The notes: generated by a model not told the origin, from the sequence alone. Positions 27,761 through 37,784 are shown, counted from the first letter of the stretch. The stretch is 64,000 nt of DNA from Bacillota bacterium (GCA_029558315.1 JAKQFQ010000359.1:15789-79788), one strand, 5' to 3'. Numbers and translations are program-made.

Positions 27761-29291
27761 AAAGGTTTTTCTCTATACAGTGATCATTGGTATTTTGACG
27801 CATGCGTTTCGAATGACCAATGTGATGATCTGTACAGATACCGCCAACTATTTAAACACGATATCCCCAAGCTGGGTAACTTCACTGGGAAGATTTTTAC
27901 TGCCATTGATAGAAAAAATCAGAGGCACCAGAGAGCTTCCCTGGCTTATTGGAGTCATCTGCATTCTATTAATTGGTATTGCCGCTATATTGATTGCAGA
28001 ACTGTTTGATATTAAAGGAACAATCAGTCTGGTACTGCTTGCGTGGATTTTGGTTGCCAATCCGATTGTGACAAGTATATTTGCTTATATGTATACCGCA
28101 GATGGCTATATGATTGGGCTGGTATTCAGTGTCCTTGCCGCCTTTTTGTGTATCAGATTATCCGGTATCAAAGGTATCATTTGTGGTGCTGTTGCCCTGT
28201 TTCTTTCCATGGGATTCTATCAGGCCTTTCTATCTGTAACTATGATGCTGTTATGGATCTGGCTGGTTCTTTTGCTTATGAATCCGGCAAAAACAATGAA
28301 AAAAATTGGCCTTACAATGCTTCGTTTTTTTGCCATGGGTGGTTTGGGAGCCGGAATGTATCTGGTTGTCACCAAGATTGTATGGAAGGTTGGCGGTTAC
28401 GGAACGACTTCCTATATGGGAATGAATGAGGCCGGAGGCAGTGGATTGGCAGGAATCATGCAGGCAGCAATTGATTGTTATGTCGATTTTGCCAGATTTT
28501 TTATTGTACGTTGGCAGGTGAATGCGTATAATGTAATGAATGTATTATTGTTTCTCATGGTAGCAGTTGCACTGATACTGATTGTTCGTAAGAATCATTT
28601 ATATCATAAGCCGGAGAGATTAATCCTGCTCCTAGGCTTATTGCTGTGCCTGCCTTTTGCTGCACATGTTTTTGAGTTCATTTCGGATTCGGTGTCTTAT
28701 ACATCGACTTCCATGGAGTATAGTCTGTGTCTGATCGTACTATTGCCGATCATTCTGTGGGGAAGTCTGGATTTTGGAGAGGGTGAATTCTTCGAGTGGA
28801 GCACTTCCCTGTATTGGAAACGGTGTTTTCTGTGGATCATGACAGCAGTTTTGCTGCTTTTGATTTCCTTTAATTATTCGGTGATTGCCAATAAGGCATA
28901 CTACAATATGGAAAATGCCAATACCAAGCTGGAGAATCTGTTGAACCGATTAGAGACAAGAATGGAAATGCAGGCAGGCTATGAAGAAACGATGGAAGTG
29001 GCAATTATTGGTTCCTGTTATCAGATACCTGAATATGTAGATTGTGCTCCGATGATGTCTGGAGTGGTTTCCAATATTTTTCTTTCCTCGCCACAGGAGT
29101 ATGTCTGTGTTATGAACTGGAAGTTATCAACTGCCTATGGGGTGGCTCCAGAGGCGAGAATGCGGGAATTGGTTCAAACAGAAGAATTTGCCGGAATGAA
29201 ACATTGGCCGGATGAAGACTCTGTACGAATCATTGATGGTACGATGGTATTGTATTTGTCCGATAATGGATTGGACAACCTGTATCAATAG
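27747..29291 (+). CDS. Polytopic membrane protein, possibly GtrC/Glucos_trans_II-like
   Basis: 514 aa with about 10 hydrophobic segments then a soluble C-terminal ~130 aa. An acidic stretch follows segment 1 (ICTDTANYLNT). The family call is tentative. Confidence 0.4.
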   Translation: MTRTKKVFLYTVIIGILTHAFRMTNVMICTDTANYLNTISPSWVTSLGRFLLPLIEKIRGTRELPWLIGVICILLIGIAAILIAELFDIKGTISLVLLAWILVANPIVTSIFAYMYTADGYMIGLVFSVLAAFLCIRLSGIKGIICGAVALFLSMGFYQAFLSVTMMLLWIWLVLLLMNPAKTMKKIGLTMLRFFAMGGLGAGMYLVVTKIVWKVGGYGTTSYMGMNEAGGSGLAGIMQAAIDCYVDFARFFIVRWQVNAYNVMNVLLFLMVAVALILIVRKNHLYHKPERLILLLGLLLCLPFAAHVFEFISDSVSYTSTSMEYSLCLIVLLPIILWGSLDFGEGEFFEWSTSLYWKRCFLWIMTAVLLLLISFNYSVIANKAYYNMENANTKLENLLNRLETRMEMQAGYEETMEVAIIGSCYQIPEYVDCAPMMSGVVSNIFLSSPQEYVCVMNWKLSTAYGVAPEARMRELVQTEEFAGMKHWPDEDSVRIIDGTMVLYLSDNGLDNLYQ

Positions 29292-29328
29292 ATTATTTTG
29301 AAATTAGAACATAGATGGAGGCAAAAAA

Positions 29329-30648
29329 ATGAATCTTTATGAAAAAATTGTAGCAGGAGAAGAAAAGATTTCTTTGGTGGGACTAGGGTATGTCGGAATG
29401 CCGATTGCCGTTGCATTTGCTAGAAAAGTGAAGGTGGTCGGATTTGACCTAAATCAGGAGAAAATCAAGTTGTATCAGTCCGGAGTGGATCTAACCAAGG
29501 AAGTTGGTAATGAGATTATCAGGAATACCAAAGTGGAATTTTCATCTGATGAAACAAAACTCAGGGAAGCAAAATTTCATATCGTAGCAGTCCCAACGCC
29601 TGTGAATGATGATCATACGCCAGACCTTACTCCGGTAGAAGGTGCGAGTACAATCCTTGGAAGAAATCTGACCAAAGGCTCTGTAGTTGTATTTGAATCA
29701 ACGGTTTATCCCGGTGTAACAGAAGAAATCTGTGTGCCAATTCTGGAAAAAGAATCCGGTCTTCAATGTGGAACTGATTTCTTTATCGGTTATTCACCGG
29801 AACGAATTAATCCGGGAGATAAAGTGCATCGCTTAGAGACAATTACGAAGATTGTATCAGGTATGAATGAAGAAACTCTGGATACGATTGCAAAAGTGTA
29901 TGAACTGGTTGTGGAAGTAGGAGTTTATCGTGCAGAATCAATTAAAGTGGCAGAAGCTGCCAAGGTTATTGAGAATAGTCAGAGAGATATTAATATCGCA
30001 TTTATGAATGAACTTTCTATCATTTTCAACCGTATGGGGATTGATACACAGTCAGTACTGAATGCAGCCGGAACAAAATGGAACTTTTTGAAATTCTATC
30101 CAGGTCTTGTAGGTGGTCATTGTATTGGCGTTGATCCTTATTATCTAACCTATAAGGCAGAAGAGTTAGGATATCATTCACAGATTATACTTTCGGGCAG
30201 AAGAATCAATGATGATATGGGACGATATGTGGCAGAAAGTCTGGTGAAGAATCTGATTAAAGCGGATCGTAATGTTAAGAATGCAAGAATTGGTATCTTG
30301 GGATTTACCTTTAAGGAGAACTGTCCGGACACCAGAAATACGAAGGTAATCGATATTTATCATGAATTACAGGAATATGGAATTACTCCAATTGTTGTAG
30401 ATCCTGCAGCAGATGCTGCAGAAGCCAAGAGACTTTATGGAATTACCTTTGAAGATAAGAGTGCATTGAAGGAACTTGACGGTGTGATTATTGCGGTAAG
30501 CCATGAACAGTTTTTGCATCTTACGGAAGATGAAATCAGTTCTTTCTATGCTGTGTCAGAAAAAAGAAAGGTTTTGATTGATCTGAAAGGTATACTGAAT
30601 CGTAAGGAGTATGAGGCGAAAGAAGATTATTTATACTGGCGCCTGTAA
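29329..30648 (+). CDS. UDP-N-acetyl-hexosamine 6-dehydrogenase (TviB/WbpO/Cap5O-type nucleotide-sugar dehydrogenase)
   Basis: GGAGG RBS. ISLVGLGYVGMPIAVAFARKVKVVGFDLNQEKI Rossmann start, GYSPERINPGD, and GGHCIGVDPYYL with the catalytic Cys. Confidence 0.8.
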   Translation: MNLYEKIVAGEEKISLVGLGYVGMPIAVAFARKVKVVGFDLNQEKIKLYQSGVDLTKEVGNEIIRNTKVEFSSDETKLREAKFHIVAVPTPVNDDHTPDLTPVEGASTILGRNLTKGSVVVFESTVYPGVTEEICVPILEKESGLQCGTDFFIGYSPERINPGDKVHRLETITKIVSGMNEETLDTIAKVYELVVEVGVYRAESIKVAEAAKVIENSQRDINIAFMNELSIIFNRMGIDTQSVLNAAGTKWNFLKFYPGLVGGHCIGVDPYYLTYKAEELGYHSQIILSGRRINDDMGRYVAESLVKNLIKADRNVKNARIGILGFTFKENCPDTRNTKVIDIYHELQEYGITPIVVDPAADAAEAKRLYGITFEDKSALKELDGVIIAVSHEQFLHLTEDEISSFYAVSEKRKVLIDLKGILNRKEYEAKEDYLYWRL

Positions 30649-30701
30649 TTAAAAGAAGTCATTCTGCAGAACCATTACGTTGTGTGGCCCTGTAATTAAA
30701 A
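30642..30701 (+). repeat. 13-bp direct repeat duplicating the dehydrogenase stop-codon region
   Basis: CCTGTAATTAAAA occurs at 30642-30654 (it contains the TAA stop) and again at 30689-30701. A perfect 10-bp palindrome TTCTGCAGAA lies between them at 30662-30671. Confidence 0.85.
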
Positions 30702-30731
30702 TATAATAACAACGTAGGAAAGTGGTTAGCT

Positions 30732-31709
30732 ATGGGATATCTAAATTTACAATTTGAAAAAAACAGTGTCTTTCTGGTTACCGGTGGAGCCGGATTTATC
30801 GGATCCAATCTATGTGAAGCAATACTAAATCTTGGATATCAGGTTCGTTGTCTGGATGATTTATCGACTGGTAAACAGGAAAATGTTGACTTCTTAATGG
30901 ATAGAGTGGGATATACATTTATCAAAGGAGATATCAAAGATCTCGATACCTGTATGAGAGCCTGCAAAGGAGTAGATTATGTCATGAATGAGGCCGCATG
31001 GGGAAGCGTGCCTAGAAGTATAGAGATGCCTTTATTCTATGAGGAAAATAATATCAGAGGAACCCTGAATATGATGGAAGCTGCAAGAACACAAGGTGTT
31101 AAGAAATTTGTTTACGCATCCAGTTCTTCCGTCTATGGAGACCATCCGGTGCTTCCGAAGGTGGAGGGACAGGAGGGCAATCTGTTATCCCCCTATGCCT
31201 TGACGAAACGTGCGGATGAAGAATATGGTAAATTATACAAACGTTTATACGGTCTGGACACCTATGGACTTCGTTACTTTAATGTCTTTGGAAGAAGACA
31301 GGATCCGGATGGTGCTTATGCGGCAGTTATCCCCAAATTTATCAGACAGCTCCTCCACGGAGAAGTTCCCATCATCAATGGTGACGGCAAACAGTCCAGA
31401 GACTTTACTTATATTGATAATGTAATTGAAGCCAATCTGAAAGCCTGTCTGGCACCATCAGAGGCAGCGGGAGAAGCATTTAATGTTGCTTATGGCGGAA
31501 GAGAGTATCTGATTGATATTTATTATGACTTGTGCAAAGCGTTAGAGATTAATGTGGAACCGGTATTTGGACCGGATCGAGCAGGTGATATCAAGCATTC
31601 CAACGCAGATATCAGTAAAGCAAAGAAATTGTTAGGATATGATCCGGATTATGATTTTGCCAGCGGAATCGCACTGGCAATCGAGTGGTATAAGGAAAAT
31701 CTGAAATGA
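30732..31709 (+). CDS. NAD-dependent nucleotide-sugar 4-epimerase (TviC/WbpP-like, SDR family)
   Basis: FLVTGGAGFIGSNLCE, SSSSVYG and SPYALTKRADE (YxxxK). It lies directly after the TviB-like dehydrogenase, the classic pair for UDP-GalNAcA. Confidence 0.8.
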   Translation: MGYLNLQFEKNSVFLVTGGAGFIGSNLCEAILNLGYQVRCLDDLSTGKQENVDFLMDRVGYTFIKGDIKDLDTCMRACKGVDYVMNEAAWGSVPRSIEMPLFYEENNIRGTLNMMEAARTQGVKKFVYASSSSVYGDHPVLPKVEGQEGNLLSPYALTKRADEEYGKLYKRLYGLDTYGLRYFNVFGRRQDPDGAYAAVIPKFIRQLLHGEVPIINGDGKQSRDFTYIDNVIEANLKACLAPSEAAGEAFNVAYGGREYLIDIYYDLCKALEINVEPVFGPDRAGDIKHSNADISKAKKLLGYDPDYDFASGIALAIEWYKENLK

Positions 31710-32437
31710 GAAAAATTGCAATTCGAATTGATGATGTAACTGATGATATGGATTGGGAGAAATTCGGCAGATTTGAAGAAATCCTGAACCGATATCACAT
31801 CAAGCCATTAATTGGAGTGATTCCGAAGAATCAGGACGAAACACTTTGTCGGAATACGAAAAAGGAAGATTATGCTGATTGGCTAAAGGACAGGCAGAAG
31901 AATGGCTGGTTCATTGCCATGCATGGGTATGATCATCGCTATGTCACGAAAAAGGGAGGTATGTTTCCGCTCAATCATTTTTCGGAATTTGCAGGATTGG
32001 AATATGAGGAGCAGCTGCAGAAGCTCAAGGCCGGAAAAGAGGCATTATCTGACCTTGGAATATCTACCGATATTTTTATGGCACCGGCACATTCTTATGA
32101 TTACAATACATTAAAAGCGTTAGGACAATGTGGTTTTACGCATATTACAGACGGATTTGGGAGTCGTCCCTATAGCTTTAGGGGAATTGTTTTTCTGCCA
32201 ATTGCCAAGCGCAGAAGTGCTGAATTGAAAGCAGAGAGTGGAATTACAACCTTTGTCGTACACACGGCGACAATGCGGGAAGAAGACATGATTGGGTATG
32301 AACAATTGTTTCAGGAACACAAGGATCAATTTGTTGACTACAACATGCTCTATCAGATGCCGGCAGTAAAGCGAAGTGTTTGGGGCAGATGGATGGAATA
32401 CTGGATGGCAGTTTTGAAACACAGATTACTTAGTTAG
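31706..32437 (+). CDS. Polysaccharide-deacetylase-like protein (DUF2334-type)
   Basis: IAIRIDDVTDD start and MHGYDHRY...SEFAG resemble the DUF2334/NodB-like pattern as I recall it. There is an ATGA overlap with the epimerase gene. Confidence 0.45.
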   Translation: MRKIAIRIDDVTDDMDWEKFGRFEEILNRYHIKPLIGVIPKNQDETLCRNTKKEDYADWLKDRQKNGWFIAMHGYDHRYVTKKGGMFPLNHFSEFAGLEYEEQLQKLKAGKEALSDLGISTDIFMAPAHSYDYNTLKALGQCGFTHITDGFGSRPYSFRGIVFLPIAKRRSAELKAESGITTFVVHTATMREEDMIGYEQLFQEHKDQFVDYNMLYQMPAVKRSVWGRWMEYWMAVLKHRLLS

Positions 32438-32455
32438 TGCGGAAAGGCGGCAAAT

Positions 32456-33601
32456 GTGAATCGAGTCATTACGGTTTTACAGGTTCTTGGAGGCCTTGAA
32501 GTTGGCGGAGCAGAGAGCCGTGTTATGGATATTACAAGAAATCTGAATCAGAGCAAGGTGCGGTATGCTTTTTTGGTGCATGACAAAGGCCCGGACTACT
32601 ATGAGAAAGAAGCAGAAGAATTGGGGTGTGCTGTCTACAGAGTCCCAAGATTTTGCTTTTTTAACTATTTTGCTTATGTGAGGGCTATGAAAAAGTTCTT
32701 TGCAGAGCAAACGGATATCGATATCGTACAGGGGCATATTACCAGCAGTGCGGCAATCTATCTTCCGATTGCCAAGAAATCCGGTGTTAAGGTAACAATT
32801 GCACATGCAAGAAGCGCTGGCGTAGATCCCGGAATGAAAGGATTTTTAACAAGATTGTTAAGAAGACATCTGGGGAAAAAGTGTGATCAGATGTGGGCCT
32901 GTTCAACAGAGGCTGCGATTGCGGTCTACGGAAGAAAGACGTTTGAACAAAAACAGGTCACGATCATACACAATGCCATAAATGTAGACCAGTTTAAAAG
33001 CACTGCATTAAATTGTAGTGCCGGTGAAGAAATCCGGAGAAAATATGGATTGGAGAATCGCTTTGTTGTTGGACATGTGGGAAGATTTCATTATGCCAAG
33101 AATCATGAATTCCTGATTGGTGTATTTGCACAGATACTGCAGCAAAAAGAAAACGCTGTACTGCTTCTGGTTGGAGAAGGAAGCAGAATGAATGAAATGA
33201 AAGAGCTGACAAAGGAACTGGGAATTGAGCAGCAGGTAATATTTGCCGGAAGACAGACCAAGCCATCGGATTATTATCATGCGATGGATCTTCTGGTGTT
33301 TCCATCGAGATATGAGGGACTTCCCGGAACTATTGTTGAAGCACAGGCGGCGGGACTTCCGTGTCTGGTATCGGATCGTGTTACCAAAGATGTGGGAGTT
33401 ACTGAACTGGTAGAGTATGAAAGCCTGGACTCTTCTGCCAAAGTATGGGCTGAGAAAGGAATTGCACTGGCCTTAAAAACAGCACGGAAGAAAGCCACAG
33501 GGGATTTGATTGCACCTGAGCTGATTCTTAGAAAAGAAGATTTTGATGTAACCATGCAGGTGAAGAGGCTGGAGCAATTATATCAGTCCCTTATGCCGTG
33601 A
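32456..33601 (+). CDS. GT4 glycosyltransferase
   Basis: GTG start. LQVLGGLEVGGAES N-terminus, and VGRFHYAKNHEFLI...FPSRYEGLPGTIVEAQAAGLPCLVSD (EX7E region). Confidence 0.8.
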   Translation: MNRVITVLQVLGGLEVGGAESRVMDITRNLNQSKVRYAFLVHDKGPDYYEKEAEELGCAVYRVPRFCFFNYFAYVRAMKKFFAEQTDIDIVQGHITSSAAIYLPIAKKSGVKVTIAHARSAGVDPGMKGFLTRLLRRHLGKKCDQMWACSTEAAIAVYGRKTFEQKQVTIIHNAINVDQFKSTALNCSAGEEIRRKYGLENRFVVGHVGRFHYAKNHEFLIGVFAQILQQKENAVLLLVGEGSRMNEMKELTKELGIEQQVIFAGRQTKPSDYYHAMDLLVFPSRYEGLPGTIVEAQAAGLPCLVSDRVTKDVGVTELVEYESLDSSAKVWAEKGIALALKTARKKATGDLIAPELILRKEDFDVTMQVKRLEQLYQSLMP

Positions 33602-33637
33602 GAGTGGTTAGGATAGTAAAAAGTATTGGAGATTAAT

Positions 33638-34699
33638 ATGAAGCGAATGTTACACATCGTGGGTGGTATGTACCCTGGTGGCCTGGAGAATTTTATTATG
33701 AATATCAATCGCAATCTGAATCATGAACAGGTTGTTTTTGATGTGATTGTGCATAGCATTCGTGAAGGAGATTATACAGAGGAAATAAAAAAGCTTGGTG
33801 GAAAAGTCTATTTGGCACCACGTAAATCAAGACACCCAATCGGTAATTTCTTTGCGATTAAGAGGATTGTCAGAGAGAACCATTATGAAACAGTAATCAG
33901 ACATTCGGATAATGCATTTCCGGTTGTAGATCTTCTGGCTGCCAAACTGGGAGGTGCTAAGCGAAGAATCTACCAGTCGCATTCCTCGAGTAGTTCGCAT
34001 GTGCTCCTGCATCGGTTCTTTCGAACCTGGATGAGTGGAGTGGTAACTGATCGGTTCGCCTGTTCAGAGAATGCCGGCAAGTGGATGTATGGAAAACGTT
34101 CGTTTACGGTGGTAAAAAACGCAATTGATATTTCTGATAACCTTTATCATGCAGAGGTTCGGGAGAAAACAAGAAAAGAATGGAAGCTGGATGACAAAAT
34201 CGTCTATAGTCATGTCGGAATCTATATGCCGGCGAAGAACCATGAATTTTTAATCCGATTTTTTGCACAGATAGTGAAGAAGCAGGAGAACGCAGTACTG
34301 CTTTTGATCGGAGAAGGCGGGCTGCGCGAACAGATGGAGGAAGAGATTCGTAAACTTAAGCTGCAGGATAGCGTATTTCTTACGGGAATTCGCTCGGATG
34401 TTCCTGATTTGTTGCAGATGACAGATGTATTTCTGTTCCCCTCCATTTATGAAGGACTGCCTTTATCGGTAATAGAAGCGCAGGCAGCCGGTTTGAAATG
34501 TCTGATTTCTGATGCGATAACAAAGGAAGTGATAGTAACAAATCTGGTAACGCAAATGTCTTTGTCGCAGGGAGAAGAAGCCTGGGCGGATCGGGCCATT
34601 GAACTGTCATCACCATATCAAAGAAAAGACACAGGTAAAGAGATTGCTGATGCAGGTTATGATGTTAGAACACTGGCGCAGTGGTATGCCGCCTTGTAG
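33638..34699 (+). CDS. GT4 glycosyltransferase, tandem paralog of 32456-33601
   Basis: GGAG RBS 7 nt before ATG 33638. PAKNHEFLIRFFAQIVKKQENAVLLLIGEG...FPSIYEGLPLSVIEAQAAGLKCLISD aligns block for block with the upstream gene. Confidence 0.8.
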   Translation: MKRMLHIVGGMYPGGLENFIMNINRNLNHEQVVFDVIVHSIREGDYTEEIKKLGGKVYLAPRKSRHPIGNFFAIKRIVRENHYETVIRHSDNAFPVVDLLAAKLGGAKRRIYQSHSSSSSHVLLHRFFRTWMSGVVTDRFACSENAGKWMYGKRSFTVVKNAIDISDNLYHAEVREKTRKEWKLDDKIVYSHVGIYMPAKNHEFLIRFFAQIVKKQENAVLLLIGEGGLREQMEEEIRKLKLQDSVFLTGIRSDVPDLLQMTDVFLFPSIYEGLPLSVIEAQAAGLKCLISDAITKEVIVTNLVTQMSLSQGEEAWADRAIELSSPYQRKDTGKEIADAGYDVRTLAQWYAAL

Positions 34700-34734
34700 A
34701 AACTGTGAATGCGAAGGAAAGAAAGGATGTCTTC

Positions 34735-35859
34735 ATGTTAACCAAAATCATGTTTCATATCAATAGCCTTGGAAAAGGCGGAGCAGAGCGTGTAGTGGTA
34801 AACCTTGCGGAACAATTTGCTCAAAATGACATAGATGTCATTATTGCAACCGAATGGAAGGCAGAGGATGAATACGCTCTGACAGAGAAAGTCAGAAGAA
34901 TTCATGTGGGATTGAGTGAACAGGAGATGAAATCTTCGGCAGGAAGGCAGAGAAAAATCAGAAAGAACAGATTGAAAGAACAGATCATTTTGGAACAGCC
35001 GGATTTGATTTATTCATTTTGCAGAAATGCCAATTACAGAGCGGTACTGGCGGCAGCAGGAACCAAAGTGCCAGTGGTGATTTCTGTTCGAAGTGATCCA
35101 TCAATTGATTATGCAGGAAAGATACAGAAGCTGATCAGTTCTATTCTATATAGAAGAGCAGCCGGTGCTGTATTTCAGACAACAGAGGCAAGAGATTTCT
35201 TCCCCAGATCAATCCGTTCAAAATCACGTGTAATTTTGAATCCGCTCAACGAAAAATATCTTGCAGTTCCTAAAGCGAAACAAAGAAGAAAGGCAATTGT
35301 CACAGCCGGACGTTTTCATGAGGCAAAGGACCAGCTGGTGTTAATTAAGGCATTTGAAAGACTTAGAGAAGATTTTCCGGATTATGTTCTGGAGCTTTAT
35401 GGAGATGCCAGTGAAGATAATACATTACAACGTGTGAAAGAGTACATCAAATCACAGCATTTGGAAAATGCAGTTCTTTTGATGGGCAATAGTAATGAAT
35501 TAGAAAAAAGACTGGTGGATGCAGCGGTTTTTGTCCTGTCGTCTAAGTACGAAGGAATGCCGAATGCACTGATGGAAGCCATGGCAATGCAGATTCCTGT
35601 TGTTGCAACGGATTGTCCCTGCGGTGGTCCCAGAACTCTAATTGAAGACGGAATCAATGGTTTGCTGGTGAAGGTAGGAGACGATAAAGAAATGGCGGAT
35701 GCCATAAGGAAATATCTTCAGCATCCAGAGCAGGCAGAGGAAGTGGCAGTGAGAGGTGGGAAGATCACTCAGATTGCTTCTCCACAGAAAATCGCAAGTG
35801 AGTGGCTGTCTTATGGGATGGAGCTGAGCCAGAGAAGAAAGGGTGGAAATTCTCATTGA
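34735..35859 (+). CDS. GT4 glycosyltransferase
   Basis: AAAGGA RBS before ATG 34735. HINSLGKGGAERV N-terminus; SSKYEGMPNALMEAMAMQIPVVATDCPCGGPRTLIEDGINGLLV. Confidence 0.8.
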   Translation: MLTKIMFHINSLGKGGAERVVVNLAEQFAQNDIDVIIATEWKAEDEYALTEKVRRIHVGLSEQEMKSSAGRQRKIRKNRLKEQIILEQPDLIYSFCRNANYRAVLAAAGTKVPVVISVRSDPSIDYAGKIQKLISSILYRRAAGAVFQTTEARDFFPRSIRSKSRVILNPLNEKYLAVPKAKQRRKAIVTAGRFHEAKDQLVLIKAFERLREDFPDYVLELYGDASEDNTLQRVKEYIKSQHLENAVLLMGNSNELEKRLVDAAVFVLSSKYEGMPNALMEAMAMQIPVVATDCPCGGPRTLIEDGINGLLVKVGDDKEMADAIRKYLQHPEQAEEVAVRGGKITQIASPQKIASEWLSYGMELSQRRKGGNSH

Positions 35860-35876
35860 AAGAGTTAAAAAGTATT

Positions 35877-36998
35877 ATGGTGATAGGACCGGTCTATCCA
35901 TATAAAGGCGGAATTGCTCATTATACGGGCTTACTGTCAAAGGCATTAGGCAGCCAATATCTGGTAGATACTGTTTCCTATAGCTTACAGTATCCGAAGT
36001 TTATGTTTAAAAAGGAGCAAAAGGATTATGGCAATAAAACTTTTGAAATAAAGGATGCCAGATTCCTGATCAATACTGCGAATCCGTTTAGCTGGATGAA
36101 GATGAAACAGGAGATTAAAAAGAAAGAACCGGATTTATTGATTGTTCAGTGGTGGCACCCTTATTTTGCACCCTGCTATCAATGGATGCTTCATGGCTTA
36201 AAAAAGACCAAGGTACTTTTTGTCTGTCATAATGTTCTTCCGCATGAAAGATTTCCGATGGATCGAATACTTACAAAAAACACCTTGAAGAATGGTAATT
36301 ACTGTATTCTGCATTCTAAAGAGGATGAAGAGAATCTAAAGCTTCTGTTACCGAAGCTTCTTTATGAAAGAACTGTACTTCCGACTTATCAGGCATTCTG
36401 CCTGCAGCACATGACCAGAGAGGAAGCACGAAGGAAGCTTGGCATTTCTTTGGATGATAAGGTGATATTGTTTTTTGGACTGGTGAGAAAATATAAGGGC
36501 TTAGGATATCTGATTGCAGCAGCGAACCGGATTGTCACACAGTATCCTGAGATGAAAATCTGTATTGTCGGTGATTTTGGATCTTCCAGAGAAGAATATA
36601 TGGAACAGATCAGAAATACAGGCGTAGAAGATCATTTTATTATCCGCGATGGTTATGTTCCCGATGCAGAGGTGGAACCCTATTTTGCCGCAGCAGATTT
36701 AAATGTCTGTCCTTATGAGACAGCGACGCAGAGTGCAATCGTACAGGTTGCTTTTGGCTTTGAACTTCCGGTGCTGGCAACAAGAGTCGGTGGATTGCCG
36801 GAAGCGGTTACGGACGGATTGACAGGATATATCGTGGAGCCGATGAATCCGGATGCAATTGCGGAGGGGGTAATTCGTTATTTCAAAGAGGAGAAAGAAG
36901 AAGAATTCAGGAAGCATGTCAGCGAGGAAAAGGAACGGTTTTCATGGAACAGAACGGTAGAGATTATACAGCGATTATGGAAGGCAGAGCAGGAATGA
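35877..36998 (+). CDS. GT4 glycosyltransferase
   Basis: VIGPVYPYKGGIAHYT N-terminus; YETATQSAIVQVAFGFELPVLATRVGGLPEAVTDGLTGYIV. An alternative TTG start at 35856 overlaps the upstream stop. Confidence 0.75.
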   Translation: MVIGPVYPYKGGIAHYTGLLSKALGSQYLVDTVSYSLQYPKFMFKKEQKDYGNKTFEIKDARFLINTANPFSWMKMKQEIKKKEPDLLIVQWWHPYFAPCYQWMLHGLKKTKVLFVCHNVLPHERFPMDRILTKNTLKNGNYCILHSKEDEENLKLLLPKLLYERTVLPTYQAFCLQHMTREEARRKLGISLDDKVILFFGLVRKYKGLGYLIAAANRIVTQYPEMKICIVGDFGSSREEYMEQIRNTGVEDHFIIRDGYVPDAEVEPYFAAADLNVCPYETATQSAIVQVAFGFELPVLATRVGGLPEAVTDGLTGYIVEPMNPDAIAEGVIRYFKEEKEEEFRKHVSEEKERFSWNRTVEIIQRLWKAEQE

Positions 36999-37768
36999 GA
37001 TGTATCACATTAATCCCAATTTATAAGGAAACACTGGATGCGAATGAAGAGGCGTGTGTGTTAAGATATCAAAGAGTTCTTGGCAATGCAGATGTTTTTT
37101 TCCTGGCACCGCAGAAAATGAACACAAACTGGTATCAGAGTCATTTCCCACAAATTCAATATCGTTTTTTCCAGAAACGTTATTTTACAGGAGTCAAGTC
37201 ATACAATCACCTGATGCTGTCTCCAGCTTTTTACCGGAGCTTTGAAGAATATGATTATATGCTGATAGCGCAGACAGATGCAGTAATCTGGCAAAATGAG
37301 AATCTCCTGGATCAATTCATGGAGAGAGGTTATGATTACATCGGTGCGCCGTGGATTCCTGAACGAAGAATCTGGGAATGGGTTCTTCGAAAGAAGAGTG
37401 GCTTCCCGGGATGGACGATTCAGTGTTGTAAGAAAGAGGGGCAGGGAATTACAATGGGCAATGGAGGCTTTTGCCTGCGTAATATTAAGAAATGCGAAGC
37501 GCTGATTAAGGAAAATGCATGGAGAAAATGCTACTGGTTTTGGAAACGAAATGAAGATATCTTTTTTGGCGTTTTTGGGAGAGAGAACAAAAGTGATTTT
37601 CAACTTGCAGATGTGACAACCGGTCTTTTGTTTGCAAGAGAGTATCATCTGAAAGAAAGCATTGATAAGGGAGAGATCCCATTTGGTGTACATGGATGGC
37701 TAAAGGAATTCAAGGATTATGAGGAGATGGAACAGTATCTGTCTTCACATGGAGCAGCAATGAAGTGA
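36995..37768 (+). CDS. DUF5672-like protein (uncharacterised putative glycosyltransferase)
   Basis: Start ATG 36995 overlaps the upstream stop (ATGA). YDYIGAPW and GNGGFCLRN resemble the DUF5672 core as I recall it. It needs an HMM check. Confidence 0.4.
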   Translation: MRCITLIPIYKETLDANEEACVLRYQRVLGNADVFFLAPQKMNTNWYQSHFPQIQYRFFQKRYFTGVKSYNHLMLSPAFYRSFEEYDYMLIAQTDAVIWQNENLLDQFMERGYDYIGAPWIPERRIWEWVLRKKSGFPGWTIQCCKKEGQGITMGNGGFCLRNIKKCEALIKENAWRKCYWFWKRNEDIFFGVFGRENKSDFQLADVTTGLLFAREYHLKESIDKGEIPFGVHGWLKEFKDYEEMEQYLSSHGAAMK

Positions 37769-37784
37769 TGCAGGGAGATAAGGC

